The position numbers and the translations under genes are program-made. A stretch of 64,000 nt of DNA. It comes from Eutreptiella sp. 'Long Island Sound 2002' (lineage: Eukaryota; Protista; Euglenida). The notes beneath the pieces were generated by a model. That model was not told the origin of the DNA and did no database searches. It worked only from the letters and a program-made list of their open reading frames with translations. This document shows positions 38,312 to 51,700 of this stretch, piece after piece. Numbering within the stretch: the stretch's first letter is position 1; each line of letters starts with the position of its first letter. The DNA is taken from assembly GCA_964036045.1 (NCBI GenBank), contig OZ038378.1, positions 141,980,001 to 142,044,000 on the forward strand, in the 5' to 3' direction.

Positions 38312-38628
38312 GAGCGGCGGGTTACACCCGTCTCAGCTAAGTACCTCCAGAGTAGACATGTAAGTAGCGCTGCGGTTTTCAACAGATCATACAATCATTG
38401 GCTAGACAGGGCCGGACAGTGGGCAGGGTCTGTAGTGATCAGCGCACAATGCACTGTGAGAACAAAATCCTCCTCACCGTCACTCCTGTCTCAGAAAGGA
38501 CCTTGCCTACCTTTTTGTTAATGGCCTGATGAAATTGTCTCGGTGACCAGTGCTCTGCCTTCGCTTGCTTTCGTCTTCACTGACGTCGTGCCCCGCGTTT
38601 GGTCCCCACTGGTTTTCCCGCACGAAGT
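38312..38628 (+). repeat. 3' direct repeat (pseudo-LTR)
   Basis: Near-identical to 32303-32620 and flanked by (TG)n. Confidence 0.95.
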
Positions 38629-40595
38629 GTGTGTGTGCGTGCGCGCGCGTGCGTGCGAGCATGCGTGCGTGCGTGCGTGCGTGCGTGCGGGCTTGGAGTG
38701 TGTGTTTATGCACGGGTGCATACATGCCTGTGCGTGTTGCACATTTCTGCGTGTGTGTGCCTCTGTGCCGCTGTGCCTGTGTCTGTTTCTGGAGTATTGT
38801 TATCAATTTGGCTGTTCAGGCCAGCGGTCACTGCCCCTTTCCTCCCCATGGGGTAGGAGCCCTTAACATGCCCGGGCTGGGATTTCTTCAAAGGGATGGT
38901 CGCAGTCCCCAGTGTTGTCCCTTGCGCAGAGTTGTGGTGAACTGGCGATGCCTATGGTGACCTGCGGCATAAAATGGCCATAAAAGACAGGGCTATCCTT
39001 GATGAACAAGGACAAAGAGACAACTACGAAGACAGCACACAACACATGGCCGAAGCACTCAAGGGGACAAGCAGGCCATTAGTCATACCCCCGCCCATTT
39101 CATCCACAATCTTATCACCAATGGGGCTGGGGTTATAACTGCGGCTGATGTATATACTGGCGTGAGCACAGCGGCCACTGAGTATGCAATTGATGTGCAA
39201 ATGAGCATGTTCAGAGAGGCTGCCGGAGCCAAGTGGGCACCGGTACAGGGGTGTAGGCGTCCGTTTAGGCGATTTGAGGGTTGCGGGTGGACTCGGAATC
39301 GGATTTTGAGACACTCAGCCTGAGATATGACCCTTCTTGTTTTTGCGGCTGTGCAGCCAAAATTGCGCAGATTTTGGGCCATTTTGGGCCTTTTCCGGGT
39401 GTTTCTCGGACATATTGTGGAGTTAGGCCACCAAGGGGCTCTTTGACACGGAGCAGCCGCACACATTACTTTGGGGGAGATTTCCGCGGTCAATTTGTTT
39501 TTGGTACTAAAGACGAGGCAAATGATGACCCCCCCCCCTCCCCCGGCGACGTGCTCACCGCCCATCGGGCTTCGGTTCCTGCGGCCCTGGGGCTGTGCGG
39601 GTGGGTGTACAATGCACTGGGGGAGCCCCTCCCCTCCCCAAAAAGGGCTCTGACAGGGCCCCCAACTTGGAACGCCCTCCCCGAGGCCCCTGAGGTCACC
39701 TGGACCCAACAAAATCGAGGAACTTCAAAATGGCTTTTCTGGAATCAGCATGCCAAGCCCCCCCCCCCCCCTCCTCCACCTCCTCCGTGTGTGACATGGG
39801 CGCATGCCCCACGCCATTTCTCTTCGGCTCCTGCAGTTCCAGCCCCCCGGGCTCACACGCACTATACGACGTGGGACCTCTTTCTTGGGGCACTCCTCCG
39901 TGTCTCACGGGGGATTATCCCAAGCCTGGGAGAGATTCCATCTGCAGGTGTGCCTGCAAGGCGGGGCGGAGTGTGTGGGCGCAGGCGAACGGTGATTGAC
40001 GGACGGCGGTTGGTGGTCCACGGGCAACGCAATGGGCGGTTTTGGGGGCGGCGAGATGCACAAAGGATTACAAGTGGACAATGAGGGAGCGTTGGCGCGC
40101 CGGGCAATCTTTCAACGGTCACCGTCCCACCCCCAACATTTGGGGGGCATGTGTCTGTATGGGATTTTCTGACCTCGCTTCGCGCAATGGGATTTGGGCA
40201 ACTATTTTAGTGCCCAAGAGAGCAAGCAATGATTCCAAAAGAGGCCAATGTTGTCATTAAACTCCTTCACCACACTTCTTCCATGCATGAATGAGTTGTG
40301 CTTTTGTATTTGTGGAAAGGGCACCCCAAGCTCGGCATGAAGGGGGTAACGCATTGGGATAGAAGGCCGGAGCATTGATTTGGATGCCGGGCGCGCCGGG
40401 CAAACGTTCCCTCAATGGTACACCTGCAATCACATTTGCAAGTCAGGGCTGCAGAGGGCTTATGGGTAGGGACGGGGAGGGGGGCTTTCGGACGGGTTTC
40501 TTTCATTTGTCGGAAACTTTGCACTTCAGTTTGCTGCGGACTTCGCTGCACAAGTTTGGATGAGGTGTGTTCCACATGTTGCACCAGTTGTCGGC

Positions 40596-40667
40596 GTTGT
40601 TGTTGTTGTTGTTGTTGTTGTTTTCGTTGTTGCTGTATTTTCCGTTGTTGGTGTTGTTGCTGTTTTG

Positions 40668-40716
<49 letters not shown>

Positions 40717-40792
40717 TTGGTGGTGGTGGTGGTGGTGGTGGTGGTGGTGGTGGTGGTGGTGGTGGTGGTGCTGTCTTTGTTGTTGTTGTTGT

Positions 40793-40833
<41 letters not shown>

Positions 40834-41250
40834 TTGTTTTGTTGTTTTGTTTTGTTATTGTGGTTGCTGTTATTGGTGTTGTTGCTGCTGCTGTAGTTTT
40901 CTTTGGTGTTGTTGCAAGTCACTCATACCCGCTTCGGGGACCCCATTGCGTCAGCAGTTGCGCCACTTCTTGTGCCAGTTGTCGGCGGTGTTGCTGCTGC
41001 TGTTGTTGTTTTCGTTGTTGTTGTCTTTTTCGTGTTGCTGTTGTTGGTTGCTGCTGCTGCTGCTGCTCTTCTTGTTGGTGCTGCTGCTGCTGCTGTTGTT
41101 GTTTTGTTGTTGTTATTGTGGTTGTTGTGATGAGTGTTGTTGCTGCTGCTGCTGCTGCTGTTGTTATTTTATTGTTATTTTGTTGTTGTTATTGTGGTTG
41201 CTGTGATTGGTGTTGTTGCTGCTGCTGTTTTCTTTGTTTTTGTTGCAAGT
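40596..41250. repeat. Compound (GTT)n/(GCT)n/(GGT)n microsatellite
   Basis: Direct reading. Confidence 0.95.
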
Positions 41251-41734
41251 CCACTCATACCTGCCCAACAGGGCACCGGAAGGTATGCTGTGGTACCCCT
41301 CCCACCGCATGTGCACGTGCGTCCGCATGGGGTACGTTAAGGGGACCGTGCAGAAATGGGTTGAGGCCCAGAATTGTATATACTTGTGCAGGTTCGACGT
41401 TTTATATTTTAATTGGTTATAAGCGTGATGCTGTCATTGGGGAGTTACCTGAAGCTGTTGAGGCTGAGCCGTAGCAACCGCACAGACCTTAGTTTGCTTG
41501 GCTCGCTTGCTTGGTATGCTTGATTTTGGCTGTTCTGTGGTGAGCCAGAACTGACGCCCCCCACCTCCTCTGGGTCATGCGGCTCAGCCATCGCAGCACA
41601 TGGCGCCTGCCCAGGATGTGCGGAGTTCAAGTCCCAGATGGGGCATATGTGACAGCACCAAGCAATCCGGGGCGCTGGGGTGTCTTTGGTGACCCGAAAC
41701 CCTTCGCTGGGGCCTGGAGAGCAGGGCTGTCCTT

Positions 41735-41930
41735 AAATAAGAAGCCAGATTTTTTGTTTGTTAAGGACAGCCTTCAAGGACAGCCCCCAGGGACCACCGA
41801 CCGCCAAGTTCAACCGCCAACCGCCACCAACCGCCACCACCAACTGCCGCCAACTGCCACCAACTGCCAACCACCAACTGCCGCCAACTGCCACCAACCG
41901 CCGCCAACCGCCAACCGCCCACCTTTGAAG
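41735..41930. repeat. Partial copy of the (CCAACCGCCA)-rich MITE family also seen at 63087-63499
   Basis: Shares ttaaggac...cagggaccacc and the accgccaacc repeats. Confidence 0.6.
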
Positions 41931-42444
41931 TAGAGAAGGTCCCATGACCAGGAAGCAGAGAGCGTCCCCGTGAACGTTCGTTTCTGTTGGCGTTACAAGA
42001 ATCCCCCCCCCCCCCCCTGAAGGACAGCCCTGCCGGAGAGCGCCCGGGTCAGGCCTTTTCTTAGTGCCTCTCACACCGGACCCCGGAGGTGGGTGCCTGC
42101 CTTTTTCAAAATTTTGGGTGCCTCCTTCAGATGGGACCCCCCCGCCGGGGGGGTGGGGGTGGGCCAAGAGTGGGTTGGTGGCTTTGGAGGGAAGGGCTAT
42201 ATTCCTGGCGCCAAAGGCGCCGGAAAGTTTTTTCCCTTATATTTCCCTTTGTGTTGGTCAGTCGGTGAGTGGGTGGGTGCCTCTTGGGTTTCATCCCCCC
42301 CCCCCCTCCCGGGGGTGGGGGTGGGTCAAGTGCTGTGCGTGCCTCCCTGCCGATTCTGCCCCCCCCCCCCCCCCTTGGGGTTGCTCTGAAAAGCCCTGGC
42401 CCGGGTGTTCACCTCCACCTCCACCCCTCGCCTCCTCTGTGCAG

Positions 42445-44925
42445 TACGGCAAGCGCCAGTCCATCACGCTGCCGTCGGCCCTGACAAAGCTGCAGCGCCG
42501 GGTCCTCGTCGCCCTCCACAGCCTGAGCCACGCCGCCCACGACTCGGCCGACGGGCTGCTGGCGCTGGAGGAGGTGCTGCGGGGCCCCCCCGGCGACGTC
42601 TGCGCCGGGGCTGGGGAGGCCCGCTCGACGTTCTTACTGAAGCTCCACCGCCACCTCTCCCAAGCCGACCTCACCTGCTCCCCCGCGCCGGAGGACACCC
42701 GCGCGACCCGCCTCGTCGTCCAACGCGCCTCCGACGCCGAGCCGGAGTGCGGCACCTTCGACGCCGGGCCCGGCACTGCGGAGGCCGGCAACGCCGAGCC
42801 CGGCAACGGCAGCAGCGGCCGCAGCAGCAGCAGCAGCAGCAGCGGCGGCGGCGGCGGCGGCTGCGAAGGCCCCGATGACGGGGCCCGCGGTCTTGGCCGG
42901 CGCAGCACCGGCTCCGAGCAGTCGAGCACCGGCATCGACCGGCGGCTGCAGCTGCTCTGTGCCATCGCGTACGCCTCCGAGACCGACCACCCGTGGGTCC
43001 CGGCGTTCGCCACGGCGCTGTCCGAGCACGAGCGCGGCCACGCGCCCTTCAAGTCGTCCGCGGAGCAGGAGCTGCTGCTGCGGGGGCTGGGGGTCACGCT
43101 CGGGCCCGGCGCGGGGCCGGCGCGGGACACGTGGCGGCTGCTGCTGGTCACGATCTGGGGGGGCGAGGGGCCCTGGGCCCTGCTGCTGCTCCGGGCCGCG
43201 CTGCTCCGGACGCAGATCGAGTTCGAGCTCGTCTTCGACCTCGTCGACGGCTGCCTCCCGGTCGCGCGCGCGCAGGTGCGCGCGATCGCGGCGCTGCTCC
43301 TCGGCCACCTCCGGTGCGACGGGTACGCGCGGGAGCAGCGCCTCGCCGACCTGGAGCGGAGCATGGACGCCCTGCGCGCCGGCGAGGGCAACGTGTGGAT
43401 GCTGCCGGGCCTGGGCGCACCGCAGCCCCGAGCCCCGGCGGCGCACGGCGGCTGCGACTCCTGGGGGCCCATGGAGAGTCCCGCGCCGGCCCCAGTGCAC
43501 GCGACCGGCCGCCGCGACTCTTGGAGGCCCATGGAGAGTCCCGCGGCGGGTCCGGGGGGTGCGGGTCTGCTGGTGTGCTCCCCCGCGCCCACGCCGCGGC
43601 CCTCAGGGGCCCTGGAGAAGGGGGAGAGGCCGCAGTGGACCTGGGCCACCCTCGAGTGCGCGCCGCCGAAGGGGAGCGCGCGCGCGCGTCGCCCCAGTCG
43701 TCTGCTGCGCGGATCGCTGGAGCGCGCCCGCCCCGCGGACGTGGGGCTGGAGCTGGGCCATGTGGCGCTGGGCGACGGGCTCCTGGACCTGACCCGGTGC
43801 TGGGGCACCACCGCCGACGGCGCGCGCGTCTCGCCCCCGGACGCCAACGAGACGCACGAGCCCGCGGCCCGCGGAGTGCCACTCGGAGGGCACGCCTCGT
43901 GGCTGCAGTGGCAGGACAGCGCCCCGGGGCCCGCCCCGCCCGAGCGCCCGTCCGCCAACGCGGCGACCCCGAGCCCGACCCCTGCCGAGCCCGAGCCCAT
44001 CACCTCGTCCCTCGTGAAGGAGGTGCTCGTGATGGACTATGGACCGGATCTGGAGCCGGCCGACGACCCGGGCGCGTGCGGCGCGTGCCTCTGGAACCGC
44101 GGCCTCGCCGCGCTGGCCGCCGGGCGCGTCGCGCGCGCGGGCGCGGCCTTCGCGAGCGGGCGCGCGCCGGCGCCGGCGGCGCTGGTGCGCGGCGTCGACC
44201 CCGGTGGCGCGGCGTGGGCGCCGTTCTGGTGCCTGTACTACGCGTGGGCCCTGGGGCACGCGGCGGTCCCGTCGCAGCTCCAGGCGATGGTCCGCGCCAA
44301 CCGCCGGCACGCCGCCCGGGACCTCGCGGCGTCCGTCCGCCTGCTCCCGCTCCCCGGCGGGGCCGCCATCGCGGCCACCCTCAGCGTAATCGCGGAGCGT
44401 GGGCCGATCCTACCGGCCTCAGTCCCCCCGAAACCGCGGCCCGAGGCCGCACCGCCGGTGGTGTCCTTGTGCCCCGACTGCACGACGCACGCCGAGCTGC
44501 CGGGCTTTGAGGCCGCGGCCTTTGGTGGCGCCGCATCTTTTGGTGCCGCCGCGGCTTTTGGTGCCGCCGCGGACGGTGCGCCGGAGAAGCCGCTCCCGGC
44601 GGCCGCGGAGGTGCCGTCTTCGCCGCTGCCGGCCATCGTGAACGGGCTGCTGGGCTTCCCGGACGCGCTGTTCGTGGGGCCCGTGTACGACGCGGCGCAG
44701 CGCCAGACGGGGTCGCTCTTCCGGCCGTTCCACAGCGTGGAGGACGCGCTGCGGCGCGCGCGCAGCGGGCAGACGGTGGTGCTGCTGCCGGGGACGTACG
44801 CGGCCCTGAGGGTGCACGACGTGCAGGCGACCGCGGGGGCCCCCGTGCGCATTCAGGGCCTGGGCAGCGTGGTGATCGCGATGCCTCACAAGGTTCGCAG
44901 GGGGCAGCGCCCGCCCCTCATCAAG
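42445..44925 (+). CDS. Host gene exon (827 codons): predicted cytoplasmic loop, ending in the start of a beta-helix/DUF1565-like domain
   Basis: tgtgcag acceptor and AAG|GTGCCG donor, phase 0-0, with GC-rich coding-like sequence. Contains GSLFRPFHSVEDALRRARSGQTVVLLPGTY. Confidence 0.8.
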
Positions 44926-46217
44926 GTGCCGCCATGCCCCGCACCCACGCCCCACACCCGCACGCTTGGCACAAACCTGAGTGTGTGCCATATCAGGCGG
45001 TTCTCCGGTTTTGCCTCAGGGAGACCAATGACTAGACGTGAACGCAGTGGCCCTCCAGAGTGGTGGTCTCAACAACACTAGAGGTACGGCGCTAGGCCAA
45101 GCTGCAGAGACGTCCCCTGCATCCTGTGGCCCTGTTTTGCCGAACTAGGACTCACCATAATGGAGAGGCACTGGTAAAAAGTGGCCGTGAATGGGTAGAG
45201 GACAACATGGCCCCAGATCTGGTGCCTCCTTCCCTTGCATTATCCAGTGCTGTAACGGGCTTTGACTTGTTATGTGCGCCAAGAATGGTCGTGAGGTTTG
45301 CGCCATGATTGGCCTTTAGATAAACACTTGTGCCAAGCATGGAATTTGGATGGACGTTTTTGTTCTGAATAGCCCTGGAATTGACACATCTCCCCTTGGG
45401 ATTGACATTTCTACGATGCATAGGCTTTAGATTGAACTTTCAGCCATGACTGGGCTTGGGGTCGACGTGCACAGCTTGAAGCCACACGTGTGCTCCATGT
45501 GCCATGAACGGGGCTTGATATTTACGCACTGCAAGGGGTAGACATTTGTATTTGGATTCACAGGTGTCCCATGCAGAGGGTATAGAAATGCAGTTGTGCG
45601 GTGAATGGGCGTAGGATTGCCCAGGATGTGCTTTTGGTGGACAAGTAGGCTTTGGGTGGGAATGGATAGGTGCTGTGAAGCGGTTTTGGATTGGTACTTG
45701 TTCCTTGAATGTGGTTGGATAGACCTTGGCGCCCCAAATGGGATTTGGTGTAACCCGGTTCCCTGGAGGAACATGAGATTGACCATGATGCCCTGCACGG
45801 GTGTTGTCTTGACGGCTTGAGTGCACAAGCATGCATTGGGAAGTCTGAGGGCTTTGTATTGCCTTATGCGCTTTGATGGCGCTGATAAGATGTTTCAATG
45901 GATTGGAGACAAACATTCATCTGCATGAGTGGGTGTGGAATCGGCATTTAGTGCCCGTGTTCAATTGGCTGGGCAGCAGATCTATGGTCGGGCGTTTCGT
46001 TGCCAAATGGCGGTTTGCTTTGGTTTCTTTGGCCACACAGCCGAGCCCTGACCAGATACGTGACAAAGGAAGGGCAAAGGATGCCACCGGAAGATGGGTA
46101 ATCTCCGGGAGGGACCAGTGACCGCATCTGGCCAAAGCGGTTTTTAACAGAGCAAAAAAAAAGCGCCCATGCCCCACACCCATGCCCCACACTCATTCCC
46201 CAAACCCACCCCCTCAG

Positions 46218-46482
46218 GTCAGCAACTGCAACCACGTCGTGTTTGCGGGGCTGGCACTGCGGTCGCATACCGTCGGCATCAGCATCGCCAACGACTGCTT
46301 CAACATCTACTTGCAAGGCATCGTCATGGAGGACACGTTTCGGGCCTGCGAGTACCCTCTAGCAAAGTACCACAACATCCAGTTTGACGAGTGCCTCCTG
46401 AATGAGAGGAGACGGTCTCGGCTAGCGCCTATTTGGTACCGATTAAAGGGAATCAGTCTGCCTCAACGCTGGGTGTACTTAG
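46218..46482 (+). CDS. Host gene exon: beta-helix-like rungs, then the start of a TM4-like helix
   Basis: cctcag acceptor and TTAG|GTATGG donor, phase 0-1. Encodes VSNCNHVVFAGLALRSHTVGISIANDCFNIYLQGIVM...LPQRWVYLG. Confidence 0.75.
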
Positions 46483-48486
46483 GTATGGCAGGATGGCGCA
46501 CCCCCGTACCATATGCCCAAACCCATGGCACGTACATAAGTGCAGCCAGCCTGACCGAATGCATCGGCGTCCTCAACACCCAATATGGGTCTCCCACACA
46601 CACTTACACACACTTACACCCACACACACACACACACACACACACAGCGCAGGAGGCCGAAAACACCGCCGCCCCCATCCCCCCCAGCACCTGTTCCACA
46701 GGGACTGGAAGGTGACGAAGCCGAGAATGCAGTAGCCCGACCACTCTTTCTGTCGAGGCATGGAAGAGCCAGTACTTCGGTCACTTAACCAACAAAACAC
46801 AGAGGTTCTGATTCCGCAGAAGGGGGGGAAACAACGTCACACAGAGGCCTCAGCAGACCTGAGCTGAATGGGGCGTCCAACCCAATGCTGCACAAGGATC
46901 TACCTCATCAAAGTACAGAGCACACACACACACACACACATATCAATATCAACATATCATCTAGGTTTTCTTTTACCTGGCGCCCAGTACTGCGACCAGC
47001 CCCCCCCCCCCCCCTGAGTCTCCAGGGATGCATGGGGCTGGGATGTGGGGAGCGGTAGGGCACACGAGCATGCAATGTGTGTCTTGCTGCTACGTGGTAT
47101 GTGGTTCAAAGGGCAGGAGTCGCGGTGTGTTACTGACACTTGTCAATATGGAGCAATGAGCCCATCAGGGCGGCCCCCCTGCAGGGCTGAACAATGAACT
47201 CATGGTTTGCAGTAGTGCTAGGTCAGTAGGATTGTTGAACCTCGCAGTTTAAGCGTGATTGGAATTGTTACCTTGGCACACACACACACACACACACACA
47301 AGAGCTATAGAACACACCTACACACACAGTGTAAATGCCTGACCTGCATCTGAGGATGCACGGACAATGCAAGCAAAGAACTACCTCTGGCAAGAACCGA
47401 TTGCGTTGAAACCACCCCCGTGGCGGGGCAATTGGCAATTGGCACATGAGCTAGACAGGGGGGGCAGGGGGTTTGCGGCATTTTAATTTCACGTGGGAAA
47501 TTTTGCGTTTCAAATTGGCCGCGAAATTTCCCACGCGAAATCTAGGGGTTTCTGCGACTTTTCCGCACACTAGCAGCAGATACTCTGGACTCCGGTGGGG
47601 GGTGATACACAAAATCCAGGGGGCTCCACAAAATTTCGGACAGCGAAATCTACCACCGCGAAATTGACTTGGCGCGACCCCCCCCCCCTTAAGCCCCGTG
47701 TGGGTTCTACCAGCAGGCCATTCCATACCACTAGGTATGGCAAGATTGCACACACCCATGATGATAGTATGCACGAAGTTGCCCACCCACACCTCCTGCC
47801 GAATCCCCCCCCCACACACCCATTCACACCCTGCACCCCCAAGGTGTGGGGGACGATTTTGTGCAGTATATGCCCATACCACATGCCACGCACACACCGG
47901 CACCCAGCCTTACCGAATGCATCTGCCTCCTCCACGCCCAATATGGGTTACCCAGACACATCTGTACACACACACACACACACACATACACACATGTGGC
48001 TGGTTTCGAAGAAGCCATGGTGTGTTAGCGGCACTTGTACATATGGAGTCCACTGCCCGTCAGGGCAGCCCCCTGCAGGGCAGAACGTTGAACTCATGGT
48101 TTGCAGGGAAGTAGTATTGTCGAACCTTGCAGTTTGAGCTTGATTGGAATTGATACCTTGGCACACAAACACACGCGTGTGCGTCGTATTTTGCTGCCAG
48201 TGTGTTTGTTCGTTGCGGTGTTTCTGCTTTTAACCCGTTTTTCAAGTTTGCTGCGGGGGGCGGGGATCTCTCACCTCTGATGCCACCTAAGTGCAACAGC
48301 AAGCCGACCAGGGAAAGCTGAACGAATGGGCGATGCACATTGGAGCAAGGGAGGAAAGCTGTGTATCAGCGTGCTCGGGGCTTCTGCAGGGCCCACCCGA
48401 ACATTGAACTGATGGTTCTGCAGCGTGGAAGGAAAGTAGGAATGTTGAACCTCGTAGTTTGAGCATGATTGGAATTGATACATTGG

Positions 48487-48518
<32 letters not shown>

Positions 48519-48837
48519 TAGTGCCAACTGGGCTTTTGATATTTGAACACCCATAGGTATTTCCTCCCTGAACCATCAATAGTAACGCGTTGGTCTTTCC
48601 ACCTTTGTGTGCAGCCACAGGCTCGCTGGGGCAAGGAAAGGGCAGGGGCAATGCTGGGATGCAGAGTACGGTAGGAGCAACATGCAGTGTAAGTAATGCA
48701 TGTCCTCCGTTGTGCTGAGAGGGAGGAAGGGGTGTGGGGGGCGCCGAATCCAAACATTGCAGCACTGCAAACATGGTTGTAGAGAGGTGATGTATGATAG
48801 TGAACGCTCTATTTCTATTTCAAAGGATACCACGCCT

Positions 48838-48870
<33 letters not shown>

Positions 48871-50968
48871 CGCCAAGCCTGCGATGGGTTGCACTAGCCT
48901 GTGCAGGCCACATCATACTAGTGGGCTCGCACCCAAGGAAGGACCCTCGCACATGAGATGGGATGCAGGGCGCGGTGCGAGCACAGACATTGTGCAGAGT
49001 CTTGTTGCTCGCCTTGGAGCCCGTAAGTTGTGGCAAAGCTCCAAAAGTCAAGTCGCCCGCAATTGCCTTCACTTTGTGTTTGGTGACCATCCGAGCACGG
49101 TGTACTGTACAGTACTATCGTGCATGGCCGTCACCTCCTCAAATTAGACAATGGAGGTGCCCCCCATTGCCATAGTATGCGACTAGGCATCTAGTACCAG
49201 TTTGACCTACCCCCCAACCTACCCCCACCCCCATCTAGGCCCTCCAGCCCTAGGATACGGCGAGTTCTAAAACACACCCATTGTTCGTTCCAAGGGGCCC
49301 CTGATGGTCAATTTTACGTTTCTTTTTTTCTTCTCCTTGCTCTACATGGCGCTAATACATAGGGAATATGTAACCATTTCCTCTTCTTCCACCCTCCCTT
49401 CTCCGCTCTTGCAGTCGGGAGAATTGGTGTGTCATGGTGCCGCATGGCCACCCCAACCCGACAAGGACAACAGCTTTAGGCCGCCAACTTGACAAGGGGC
49501 CAATGGATGGGAAAGAGGCAGCCTCCCTCTAGTGTGCTTCCAACGGCAAGTTACAGTTATTACAATTAAATGACGGGGCGCGGGTTTGTACTATTGTAGC
49601 TTGGTAACCACTGTAGAGCCGTTCTAGGGTGCGCACGATGAGCAAGCCACTTGATAATGCGAGGCAAGGAGGCACCGGATTTGGGGCCATCGTGCCCCCA
49701 AGCCATTCGCGGCGACTTTTACTAATATCTGTTTGGTATGATGAGTCCTAGTTAGGCATAATAGGGCTATAGGATGCAGGGGACATCTTTGCAGCTTGGC
49801 CTAGTGCCGTACCTCTAGTGTTGTTGAGACTACCACTTTGGAGGCCCACTACCTTGACGTGACGTGTAGTCATTGGTCTCCTTAATGGAAAACCGGGGGA
49901 AACCACCTCATATGGCATACAATCCAAGTTGTGCCCAGCGTAGAGGCTATGGGTATGGCAACAAGAGTTAGCTCGTGTCATGCAGGGCCCCCCCTTAGAC
50001 CCTAGAAATTTATTGTGTTGTTGTTGACACAGCATGCAAGTCTTTAAGTCCCCTTTCAAGAGCTCGTCATCTAAAGGCCCCAGCCAGGACCCATTGGGCT
50101 TTGGGAGTGGCTCGGCAGTGCCAGATACCGGCCAGATGATTGCGGAAGAGATGAGAGCACTTCTGCAGTCTCAATAGGAAGCTATTGGACATCTGCAGGC
50201 ACGCTTGGAGGGTTTGGCGGTCGCCGAGCGCAACGCTGTACGGGATTGGAACGTGGCGGCAGTGGAGCAATTCTTGGGAGGCGACATAGTTGCCAGTTGG
50301 ATGAGGCAGTCGGGCAAAGCCCTGCGTGACTACGTGCGCTCGGCTGATGCTGCGCCAATTTGGCCGTCCGATATCATGGGCAACGCCATGGAATGTCCAC
50401 GAGGAGACCGCTTGGCATACAGGCTCTGGGGAATCATCCTGGACTCGCAGCATGCGCAGGCCCAACGCTATGTGTCGGATGACAGCAGCCGAGCGGACCT
50501 AGCAAACCCGCTGGATGCGTTGAGCTGGTCTGATGCCGTCCAGAGGGGCGGTCCGTCCTTCAAGAACAAGGGCATCGACTTGGCCATGCGGCAAGGCGTC
50601 CTTCATTGGGTGTCGAAGAAGGGGAGGTGGATACCGGTATCACCCAGGCCATCGGGTGACTGGCAGAGATGTGCCAAAACAAATGTCCCACAAGAGCAAT
50701 TGAGGCATTGGCATTGCCAATGCCCCTACTGGTCCTCACGGGACTGCGGCCTCTGCGGCCGGACCGGGTCAGGGTGGCCTTGCTGGTGTTCGGATTCGCG
50801 GTCCGTCGCTAGGAGCTACGCGCCACTGCCCTCCCATGCTCCGGCGCCCACCTTCAAGGCGGCAGCAGCCTGCCAGGCCATGGCGATGGCAGCTGTGGGC
50901 CCGTCCGGGTGGCAGCCGTGGGCGTACGGGGATGGGCACCCAAATCTTAGGCGCGGTACCAGTGTGCG

Positions 50969-51700
50969 TTGTCCACATTGGCTGGCTTTGAGGGGTCTAG
51001 GGCGCTGCAGTCGTCGCTTACTGACACGCTGTCTGAGTTCCTGGCATCGCGGGTCAGTATGGGACAGGCTAGGTCACCCCTCCGTGGGTACGTCTCAGCC
51101 GTTTCGGATGCTGAAGATGTCCAACTGCTCCCGGAACGTGTACGGGACATCCTACGTGTACGGGAGACTTGTGAAGTTGGGCAAGCCCACGCCCGGGCAG
51201 CCATACATGGGACCATGCGGACTCCGTCTCCTCTGGTTCAGAGCGTTGTCACCACAAGACTAAACTTTGGTAGCCCTTGCTTGCCTCAGTTGGTTGCTTT
51301 TCCTCACGGTATCTAAAGCGTTGTCCATCACACTAGCAGGGCTAGCGAGCGACTATGTGGTCCTATTCGACACGACCAAAGTCGGCGGTCATCGAAAGGT
51401 GCGAGGGCGGTCTATGGATGGGGACTGTCTTGGGTCCGTTTCCTCAGGGCCTATGCCCAGGCCTGTTACATCCCTGAAGGTCGGCCGTTGGTTCGGGGAG
51501 GGGTTGAGGCAGTGGAGAAGACCTTCGCGAGCTTCCTCCGCGACATCCCGTACGCGGGTCACCGGTGGCACAGCCTACGGCGGGGGGGCGCCCCCGCCGC
51601 CGCCTTCCCGCTCCCCCAACGTCCCCGGCTTCGTTTGGTGGGGGCGGTGGTGCCGGCTGGCCACGGCTCTGGAGTACGCTGTGGGGTACTTTGACCTCGC
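50969..51700 (+). pseudogene. Tyrosine recombinase (frameshifted)
   Basis: FLASRVSMG..RSPLRGYVSAV, then LFLTVSKAL (catalytic Arg position altered), HSLRRGGA (51569) and WWGRWCRLATALEY. Confidence 0.75.

Larger units (their letters stand above)
32303..38628 (+). mobile_element. Intact Penelope-like retroelement (GIY-YIG N-terminal to RT, Naiad/Chlamys-like order) with a Gag-like ORF1
   Basis: ~318-bp direct repeats that differ at only two positions I could see, two long intact ORFs, and (TG)n on both flanks. Confidence 0.85.

Noticed and set aside
38870-39330. Degenerate coding-like stretch (MAIKDRAILDEQGQRDNYEDS...)
   Set aside because: It is broken by stops and frameshifts and has no recognisable family motif.
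42291-44991. Several long overlapping ORFs on both strands
   Set aside because: They are stop-poor shadows of a very GC-rich exon.
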